DNA from: a candidate division WWE3 bacterium
GTDB lineage: Bacteria > Patescibacteriota > WWE3 > UBA101185 > UBA10185
Direction of reading: 5' to 3'
DNA: 64,000 bases
Assembly (NCBI GenBank): GCA_014729135.1
Contig: WJKK01000001.1
Location: forward strand, 593 to 64,592
Under the pieces are notes generated by a model. The model was not told the origin of the DNA. It worked only from the letters and a program-made list of their open reading frames with translations, and made no database searches. The translations under genes were made by a program, and so were the position numbers. Each line of letters opens with the position of its first letter. The first letter of the stretch is position 1. Positions 57,095-64,000 of this stretch are shown here, in pieces.

Positions 57095-57120
57095 GGGACT
57101 GTCCTCGTAGAGGACAGTCC
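57095..57120. promoter_or_regulatory. GGACTGTCCTC-gta-GAGGACAGTCC palindrome/hairpin 13 nt upstream of the sortase copy 2 start codon
   Basis: Perfect 11-bp inverted repeat. On the mRNA it is followed by UUUUU, a weak SD and the AUG. Same motif family as 18785-18848. Confidence 0.55.
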
Positions 57121-57452
57121 TTTAAGAAGCCTGTCCCTTTTCGAGAGTAGTTAACTATATGTTATATAGCACTTAGGCCGGAAACAGATTAGCCGCGTAA
57201 GGACAATCCAAACCCAGCTAATCTCTTCCCGGCCCAAGATACTAAGCTTTATCTAAGCCACCAAGACTAGCTTGGTAACCAAGACAAAACCTAAAACCTC
57301 CTCCAGCCAATCCGCTTGCAACAGATTACCAATACAAGAAAGGCCCACCCACAATAAAGCGGGCAGGCCTTCTTGTAAATAATAACCAACTAATGGCTTC
57401 GTCAGTTAAAGTCAGGCGTAAACAAAGGCTTAAAAGCCCTCATTCACCCCAC

Positions 57453-58049
57453 TTACTTTCGAGACCTCTTAATCAAAGCACCTACCACCATCAAACCAAG
57501 ACCCACAGGAATCATAGTAGTTGCAAAACCGGTCTCAGGAAGCTCCGTCACCTCCACATCGCCATAGCACACAATAGCAGTATCAGCTCCCTCAAAGGCA
57601 TCATCGTAATACAACTCAGCCTTATTCACTACACACTTATCAAAGTTTTCATTGTCAAACTCGTCCTCATCAATCTTAGCGTCAATATAGAAGGTCACAA
57701 CGTCACCGGGCTCGAAATCATCGAAGTACTCGGTTAGACCATCGCCACCCACTCTATACATCTCTTCAGGCAAAAAATCCTCCATTTTCATGTCATCAGT
57801 TTCCACCTCGCCTACATTTTCAATGCGGACTCTAAACTCTATAATCTCATCAGACTCGTCAGAATCAAGCACCAGCTTGTCCTCAAAGTCTCCTTCGTCC
57901 TTTATGCGGACTTCTTTTTCAATGCGGAAGGACTTGTTTTTAATGTCCTCTCCATACTGATCGGCATACACTTTCCCATTAGCATTTATGCCTAGGAAAG
58001 CTACTGCCGCTATAGATACTATTAAGTTTTTCATGAACTTTTTATTCAT
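57453..58049 (-). CDS. Secreted acidic protein with C-terminal LPETG sorting signal (sortase substrate)
   Basis: Signal peptide. C-terminus 'ELPETGFATTMIPVGLGLMVVGALIKRSRK' is LPxTG plus a hydrophobic span plus a basic tail. Confidence 0.8.
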   Translation of the reverse strand: MNKKFMKNLIVSIAAVAFLGINANGKVYADQYGEDIKNKSFRIEKEVRIKDEGDFEDKLVLDSDESDEIIEFRVRIENVGEVETDDMKMEDFLPEEMYRVGGDGLTEYFDDFEPGDVVTFYIDAKIDEDEFDNENFDKCVVNKAELYYDDAFEGADTAIVCYGDVEVTELPETGFATTMIPVGLGLMVVGALIKRSRK

Positions 58050-58592
58050 AGCTTATATATGTACCTTCCCTACTAATAACTATTAATAGGAAAATATACG
58101 TCTTTCTGGCAGGAAATTATATAACGCCTTGCTATCAGTCTTAATGTCTTACGCCTTTATATAGGAGTCTCTTGGAGGCTCTTATTAAAAGGATGTGTGC
58201 ATGTGCGGCAAAGCAACTTGCACTCTCAAGCGAAATGCTTTACATATCGCTTTTGGTAAGGTTTCAAACCAACAGAAGGACTAAGAAAGAGGCCGTATTT
58301 GGCCTCTCAACTAACAATGTAATTATATCCCATAATTCACAAGGTGTCAAGTCTATGGGACATTAGAACTTTGTTATGTTGGTTATTATAGGTTAATACT
58401 AAGGTTTTGTCAAGTGCTATGGGATAAGTGCACTGGAGCTACACTTTACGACCCTCCAACACGACTACATCACAAAGTAGCCTTCTTAAAAGATAAAAAT
58501 TAAGATGCATAATATACTATGCGCTTTTTGCAAAAAGTGCATATTATACTTAGCACTCAAGCGCTGCACCAAAAAAAGAATTGGCTAACTAA

Positions 58593-59060
58593 CTACTCCC
58601 TCAAAGTTGGAACAATAACCTCGATTCCCTCCTCGGAAAACAACTCAAAATCCGTGGAGTTAAAAGTTACAACCCGATGAATGTCATTTGTTAGCATAGT
58701 GGCCACGAGATAAGCGTCAAAAACCATGTTAGATTTTAAATCGTATTTCGTAATAAGCTCACTAACAATGCGCCAAGAATGATATCCGGGATGAACAATA
58801 CGACAAAGACTTAAAACGGGAGCCATGCGCTCAAGAGCTACAGAAGGACTTAAGGTCTCTTTATACTTACCGTGAGTTAAAACTCGTGTTGCTTCTAGGA
58901 CATTCTGGTGTGCAACAATACCTTTAAATAGTCCTAACTCTAATTGGTTATAAACCTGAAGAGCTTCACCATGAAAATCAGACTTAGCATTAACAGCATA
59001 AACCAAAACATTGGAGTCTAGAAGAGCCGCGCCTGTTATTTCCTTTAGATACTTAGTCAT
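58593..59060 (-). CDS. PIN-domain VapC-like toxin
   Basis: 'LLDSNVLVYAV...', 'DAYLVATMLTNDIHRVVTFNSTDF'. Start placed at the internal ATG (MTKYLKE), overlapping the antitoxin stop. The track ORF extends to 59105. Confidence 0.65.
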   Translation of the reverse strand: MTKYLKEITGAALLDSNVLVYAVNAKSDFHGEALQVYNQLELGLFKGIVAHQNVLEATRVLTHGKYKETLSPSVALERMAPVLSLCRIVHPGYHSWRIVSELITKYDLKSNMVFDAYLVATMLTNDIHRVVTFNSTDFELFSEEGIEVIVPTLRE

Positions 59061-59271
59061 AAAGTTCAGCACGATCAAAATTATCCATAGCAGGATCCAA
59101 GTCAACGGGCTTTAAAGGCTGCCGCAATTCCTTCAAAGGAACTCCTAACAAACCCTCATATAACACCTTGTTAAACATATCCTGAAGAGTGCTATCCCTC
59201 TCCAGAGCCAGACGCTCCAGTTCTTTTTTTAGATCTGCATCTATTTTTACTGTGGTTTTTATTTTATTCAT
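59053..59271 (-). CDS. Ribbon-helix-helix (CopG/VapB-like) antitoxin
   Basis: 'TTVKIDADLKKELERLALERDSTLQDMFNKVL' RHH N-terminus. 72 aa, overlaps the toxin. Confidence 0.6.
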   Translation of the reverse strand: MNKIKTTVKIDADLKKELERLALERDSTLQDMFNKVLYEGLLGVPLKELRQPLKPVDLDPAMDNFDRAELYD

Positions 59272-59523
59272 ATGAGAATTTTACCATTTAGATGGAAATA
59301 TGGCAAGATGGCAGATAATCCACAAAGTAGCCAAATAAGGAGTGGAAGAAAGCAAGTCTAAAAGTAAAAGCAGAAGATGTAATAAAAGAACTAAAAAGAA
59401 AATAAGATCAGGTACTCTAAGAGCCTAGGGTTGGTTAACATTCCTGCCGAAGTTGCAGGAGGCCCCCAACCATCCCGATCTTTAATACATACATTATAAC
59501 CCGGATTAACTAGTTCTGCAAAT

Positions 59524-60858
59524 TTAAATCTCAGAACGAGGGGTTAACAACAACACCCACACCGGAACCGTTAAAAAATCCTCGGAAGAATCATCAAAGA
59601 CGTTTCTGGTCAACAACAAACCGGTCTTCAACTGCTCCTTTAAAGAAGAAAACAAACCAAGGGAAGAAACCTCGGCTACACCATATTCCCTCTCAGAAAG
59701 AAGATCTGTATAACTAACACTCACAGGATAAAATGTACGCTCCGGACGCGTCACTAGGAAATCTATATCCACCCCATCCTCCTCTAAATAATTCACCTCA
59801 TTACCTCTAATAAAATGTAAAAAGACTGCATTTTCCACCAGTTTACCTACATCATCAAAAGGCTTAGAATAAAAAAGACTACGTAAACCGGGATCTATCA
59901 CATAGGGGCGCTTTGCTGCGCGCACACGATTCTTAAACTTGAAAGAATATTTTTCCACCTCAAAAAAAAGGTAGGATAGCGCAAGCGCAGAAACATATTC
60001 CTTAGCGGAAGTGTCCGTAATTCCCACATTGCGAGCCAAGGAACGATAACTATATTTATTCCCCAAATTTGTAAGCAAATAGTAAGCAAGCTTTTCCAGC
60101 TCCTCGGCACTTCTAAAATCGAAACGCGGAACTATATCCGTATAAATAACGGCGCGAATGTAGTCGCGTAAATAGCGAAGGCGAATTTCGGCATCATTAG
60201 AAGCAAGCGCTTCCGGAAAACCTCCCTCAACAAGATATTGCTCAAAAAGGCCCAAAATAATGGGTGCTTCCTTTAAATTAGACAAATATGTTTCTCGGAG
60301 TGTCTCCCCGGAGAAGTGGGGCTGACCTTTAAAAAGAAGATATTCCCGGAAGTTAAACGGAAAAATCTCAAAGGAAAGCGTTCTACCGGTCAATTTCGTT
60401 GCTAACTCAGAGGAAAGCAAACGAGCGTTGGAGCCTGTAATGGTTATGCGCAAATCCTCACACGTGTCATATTTTGTCCTAATCCACTGCTCCCAGGAAG
60501 GAACATTTTGAACTTCGTCTAGAAAAACATATTTATCCCCTTCCGGGCGCTTGAGAGAAAGATACTCTCTAAACAAAGAATCCAGCAACTCTACACTTGC
60601 AGAATTTTTAACAAAAAAAGGATCTTCAAAGTTTAAATAAAAAATGTTTTCAGAAGGAATGCCTTTATCCAAAAGACCATTGATAAGCTGAAAAACCAAC
60701 ACAGACTTCCCTGCTCTCCGTACTCCCATAAGAGCAAGGACAACGCGACTTGTTGTAAGCGCCTTAAAAACTTGAGGAAAAATATCGCGAGGAACGTACT
60801 TCTTAAAGCCTTCGTCCCAGTGTTTGTTCTGTTGTTGTAGTAAATTCCTTAGGTGCAT
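59524..60858 (-). CDS. COG1373-type AAA+ ATPase (AAA_14 plus DUF4143)
   Basis: Walker A 'GVRRAGKS'. Walker B 'VFLDEVQ'. C-terminal DUF4143-like region. Confidence 0.7.
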   Translation of the reverse strand: MHLRNLLQQQNKHWDEGFKKYVPRDIFPQVFKALTTSRVVLALMGVRRAGKSVLVFQLINGLLDKGIPSENIFYLNFEDPFFVKNSASVELLDSLFREYLSLKRPEGDKYVFLDEVQNVPSWEQWIRTKYDTCEDLRITITGSNARLLSSELATKLTGRTLSFEIFPFNFREYLLFKGQPHFSGETLRETYLSNLKEAPIILGLFEQYLVEGGFPEALASNDAEIRLRYLRDYIRAVIYTDIVPRFDFRSAEELEKLAYYLLTNLGNKYSYRSLARNVGITDTSAKEYVSALALSYLFFEVEKYSFKFKNRVRAAKRPYVIDPGLRSLFYSKPFDDVGKLVENAVFLHFIRGNEVNYLEEDGVDIDFLVTRPERTFYPVSVSYTDLLSEREYGVAEVSSLGLFSSLKEQLKTGLLLTRNVFDDSSEDFLTVPVWVLLLTPRSEI

Positions 60859-61040
60859 TTTATAATATGCATAAACTCAATATTATGCCTAATTATAATA
60901 TGCAGAAGAGATTAAAGCAATAAATAGGCGTTAGATAAAAGATAAGATAATAGAAAAGCTTCTTTGATGACATGAATTTTTATCTAACAAGGCTAAAAAC
61001 TCCGGGCCAGAAATCTCAAGAAACCCGGAAAACCGTAAAA

Positions 61041-62273
61041 TCAACTACTCATAAGAAACCCCAACATGTACAAAGGCACAACCTTACCGGAAGCGTATTG
61101 AAGACCATCCTTTAGCAAAAAGCCCCTTCCCTCCTCCACAGAATCAAGCTGAGAACTTCCCTTATTGGGACCCCCCACCTCCAAAACATAATCATTCAAA
61201 GCAAAATCCCCTTTATCAGAGTAAAAAGGGGTGTAGCTGGCACTATCCAAGGCAGCAACCGCAAAGGTCTCCCGAAGGTTTCCCTTGCCCACAGGCTTTC
61301 CCAAGGAAAAACCAACAGCCCACAACATATTGGGATTTGCAATGTAAATCTTTTCGGCATTTCGCACCAAAGCATGTCCTAGTTTGTCAGGCATTAAAAA
61401 GCTCAACAAACCGGTATCGCGTAACATCTGCAAGTAAGAAGCAATTGTAGCATTGTCCTTACCTACGCTTCCGGCAAGCTTGTTAATACTTAAACCTCCC
61501 GGAGAAGAAGTTGCAAAAAAATACAGGAGCTTCTTTAAGGCTTCCAGATTTTGTGTTTTCAAAGAATAAAAAGAGCTAATATCCTCGTAAATTGTCTTGT
61601 CTATTACATTGTTTAAACTCTCAACAAAAGCAGTTTCATCCTCAAGCTCAAAGGAGGTGGGATAGTAGCCAAACTTCAAGTAATCCTCAAAGTGACCAAG
61701 AACTCCACGGATCTTCTCAATTTCCCGAACCTGAGGAGTCTTATCCCCGCTCAACAACTCCTCTAAAGTAAGTGTGGGAAACTCCTTCTTTAAAGTTACC
61801 TCTAAATATTCACGAAAAGAAAAACCAAACATGTGCCGTAAAATAACTCGACGGGACAAGTCATACTTACTTCGAACCAAATCAATGCTGGAACTTCCCG
61901 AAAATAGAACACGCAACTCCGGATAACTGTCATATATATTCTTAAGCTCCCTACTCCAATCAGAATAGCGGTGAATCTCATCAATAAGGAGCAGTTCGCC
62001 CGAATGATATTTTATGAAATCCCCTGCCAAATCAAACAGTGTATTTTTAGAAAAGTAGATGTTATCGGCTGAAACGTAGAGGGCTTTTGTGCTGTCCGCG
62101 TAATTATTGTGCAGGTAATGAAGCATAAAAGTAGTCTTTCCAACTCCACGAGGGCCTACAACTCCCATGATGCGATTTACGAAATCAAAGTTGCGGTAGA
62201 AGTTGCGGACGTAGATGTCCCTTTTGTTGAGACCTTTTAGTAGGTTTTCTTGAATCTGAAAGAGTGTGTCCAT
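61041..62273 (-). CDS. COG1373-type AAA+ ATPase paralog (AAA_14 plus DUF4143)
   Basis: Walker A 'GPRGVGKTT'. Walker B 'LLIDEIH'. Same architecture as 59524..60858. Confidence 0.7.
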   Translation of the reverse strand: MDTLFQIQENLLKGLNKRDIYVRNFYRNFDFVNRIMGVVGPRGVGKTTFMLHYLHNNYADSTKALYVSADNIYFSKNTLFDLAGDFIKYHSGELLLIDEIHRYSDWSRELKNIYDSYPELRVLFSGSSSIDLVRSKYDLSRRVILRHMFGFSFREYLEVTLKKEFPTLTLEELLSGDKTPQVREIEKIRGVLGHFEDYLKFGYYPTSFELEDETAFVESLNNVIDKTIYEDISSFYSLKTQNLEALKKLLYFFATSSPGGLSINKLAGSVGKDNATIASYLQMLRDTGLLSFLMPDKLGHALVRNAEKIYIANPNMLWAVGFSLGKPVGKGNLRETFAVAALDSASYTPFYSDKGDFALNDYVLEVGGPNKGSSQLDSVEEGRGFLLKDGLQYASGKVVPLYMLGFLMSS

Positions 62274-62622
62274 GGTTTGTTTTTGTTGTTGTCTAGGCGG
62301 TACCGATTACTTCGGAGGTGGCGCGGTGGAGGGGCTCCCAGCCGCGCTTTCCGGAGTGTACTCCAAGCTTTTGCACTGTTTTCTAGAGTATACTCCAAAG
62401 TTTCGGGAATTGCAACCTTACCTATCCTAGTTGTGTTGGATAGTAATTTTTAGACCGGAGGGAGTTTCTAATGCTGAGTGTATTCTTGTGACGTGGGATT
62501 TTACGGAGCAGGTGAAGTTTAAAGATGAGGTTTTTGAGGCGTTGTCTCTGCTGGAGTTTTTGGAGAAAAATTCGCCGTAGTTATCCGGCAAAGTTCTGAG
62601 AAAACCCACACAAACAAAAAAC

Positions 62623-63450
62623 CTAGACTCTAGAATGAAAGGCAGCGGCAGAAACATAATCACAATGAGCCCCTACAGAAGCCTTTAAAGCCGGTTGAAC
62701 AGCTGAATAGTCCACCTTCATCAACATAAACTTAAGTTTTACAAGCTCTACAAGGACTTTTAAAATATCCTTTAGTCCCCCACAGGTAGAAACACCATAA
62801 GCACGTTCAAAGTGATCTACACCGGTTTGCACATAGTCATACCCCGTACGTACAGCCCTTAATAAAAATTCAGTGGAAACTAAGTTCCCCTTTGAATTAA
62901 GAGGCAAAACACTCTTTACCATGTCTTTACGTAAAAGCTTAAAAGCACAGTCTATATCTTTAATATCTGTGGGAAAGCCTAAAATAGCCCTATTTAAAAA
63001 CTTCATTCCATTGGCAAAAAGAGCCCTCTTAAAGCCTTCAGCACGGATTTTTCTGAACCCAAGAATCATTTCTTTATCAGGATTTTCCACGGCTAACTCA
63101 ACAAATCTATATAGTTCGTTTAAATCAAACTGTAAATCGGCATCCGTAAAAAACACCCAATCGTACTGAACGGCCTTAAAGCCCGTATTTACAGCACCAC
63201 CATACCCCTGATTCTTCTGATCTACAACCTTAATCTGAGGTATTTTTTTGGCATATTCATGAGCTATTTGGGAAGTTTTATCCTTACTACCATCGTTTAC
63301 AATGATTATTTCATATCTTATAGCTACCTTGGGTATGATTTCCAAAGCTTTTTCTATCAATAAGGGAAGATTCTCCTCCTCATTGTAACAAGGAAAGAAT
63401 ACAGAGAGTTCATTTAATTTTTTTGTTTGAAGTATGGTAGACATACCCAT
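62623..63450 (-). CDS. Family-2 glycosyltransferase (dolichyl/polyprenyl-phosphate sugar transferase-like)
   Basis: 'SVFFPCYNEEENL...IIIVNDGSKD...FFTDADLQF' are GT2 DxD-region motifs. Confidence 0.8.
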   Translation of the reverse strand: MGMSTILQTKKLNELSVFFPCYNEEENLPLLIEKALEIIPKVAIRYEIIIVNDGSKDKTSQIAHEYAKKIPQIKVVDQKNQGYGGAVNTGFKAVQYDWVFFTDADLQFDLNELYRFVELAVENPDKEMILGFRKIRAEGFKRALFANGMKFLNRAILGFPTDIKDIDCAFKLLRKDMVKSVLPLNSKGNLVSTEFLLRAVRTGYDYVQTGVDHFERAYGVSTCGGLKDILKVLVELVKLKFMLMKVDYSAVQPALKASVGAHCDYVSAAAFHSRV

Positions 63451-63599
63451 AGTATACTATGTAAAAAGAGGTTTGTCAACATTATAGGGTATTGTTAAAC
63501 ACCCCAATCAAAACCATTATAGGACACTTTGAAAAGATTCGGGTATTATAGACAGGATACCCCATAGGTGAAGGCGCCCAAATAAAATTAGATACATAA

Positions 63600-64000
63600 A
63601 TGTATAATAGAACTGTGAAAAAAACAACGAAATTCTTAAAAAACTCCCCGGGTTTAACAATACTAATTGCAGTGCTCCTATTTATAAGCATTTCCACGCT
63701 CAAACCCTCTTTTGACTTCATCGGCTGGGATAATTATTCATCCTACCTAAAACCGGCGCTAGCCTTAAAGAGAATCACGTTATCCATGTGGAGGGGACAT
63801 AGGGGCTTAGGAGTACCCTCAGACTCGGAAATAACGGACCTTCCAAGAGTCGTGATCTTCATGCTTCTAAACCTTCTACTGCCAACTAAGATATTGGATC
63901 AGCTGTTTTACCTAATATCACTATGGTTAGGGACTCTGGGAATGTATTTCTTAACAAAATACCTCTTGAAAAACTCCAATAACAAAGGATTCCTAAAAGA
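63600..64000 (+). CDS. Hypothetical membrane protein, 5' part only (runs off the window end)
   Basis: Open frame from the ATG at 63600 to the window end with hydrophobic helices ('LTILIAVLLFISI', 'VVIFMLLNLLLP'). Divergent from the GT2 gene. Confidence 0.35.
   Translation, partial: MYNRTVKKTTKFLKNSPGLTILIAVLLFISISTLKPSFDFIGWDNYSSYLKPALALKRITLSMWRGHRGLGVPSDSEITDLPRVVIFMLLNLLLPTKILDQLFYLISLWLGTLGMYFLTKYLLKNSNNKGFLK

Noticed and set aside
62427-62663. 78-aa minus-strand ORF between the AAA ATPase and the GT2 gene
   Set aside because: No motifs or RBS, and it overlaps the GT2 3' end region. It is likely non-coding

Overview
This is a 64-kb window of a low-GC bacterial chromosome (about 40-45% GC by eye outside one island). 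The gene content and architecture look like Candidate Phyla Radiation/Patescibacteria; that assignment is an inference from the gene set, not a measurement. Distinctive features: giant repeat-rich surface proteins, sortases with an LPETG substrate, a split comEC, weak Shine-Dalgarno sequences, and very many perfect intergenic hairpins.

Gene content, in order along the window:
- 3' part of a huge LamG/concanavalin-like repeat protein.
- Large structured intergenic region, then rplJ-rplL.
- An alpha-glucan cluster on the minus strand: glgA, GH57, GH57, glgA.
- An HTH protein, a GT26 WecG/TagA-like transferase, mreB, a PEGA membrane protein, and a sortase.
- A roughly 9-kb gene for a 2995-aa protein: cytoplasmic HTH, one transmembrane helix, tail-fibre-like GIGTTDP repeats, and an S74-type intramolecular-chaperone autoproteolysis motif.
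- tRNA-Pro, tRNA-Arg and tRNA-Ser (minus strand), then mscL, ndk, a metallophosphoesterase and argS.
- A natural-transformation cluster: comEC (split into membrane and MBL genes), comEA, arsR-type regulator, comM, dprA.
- A MerR-like membrane-anchored HTH, an O-antigen-ligase/TPR membrane protein, and a thioredoxin plus DsbD-like pair.
- tRNA-Ala.
- A roughly 4.8-kb island at 44756-49550, visibly much richer in GC, carrying a five-gene minus-strand envelope operon (DUF1232, SLT-like transglycosylase, LysM protein, two polytopic membrane proteins).
- obg, two PIN-toxin/antitoxin pairs, a PurR-like HTH-PRTase, LysM-M23 peptidase, rho, a second sortase with its LPETG substrate, two COG1373 AAA+ ATPases, a GT2, and a partial membrane-protein gene at the window end.

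Non-coding observations worth a second look:
- A 150-bp three-hairpin element duplicated upstream of both GH57 genes.
- A REP-like hairpin family with covarying outer stems downstream of three minus-strand genes.
- GGAC(A/T)GTCC palindromes directly upstream of both sortase genes.
- Palindromic elements of about 55 bp inserted in-frame in the giant gene with compensatory stem changes, reminiscent of Rickettsia palindromic elements.
- A 65-bp tandem repeat and a long-range stem structure upstream of rplJ.
- A tRNA-trailer repeat shared by tRNA-Ser and tRNA-Ala.

No CRISPR array, rRNA gene or obvious transposase was seen.
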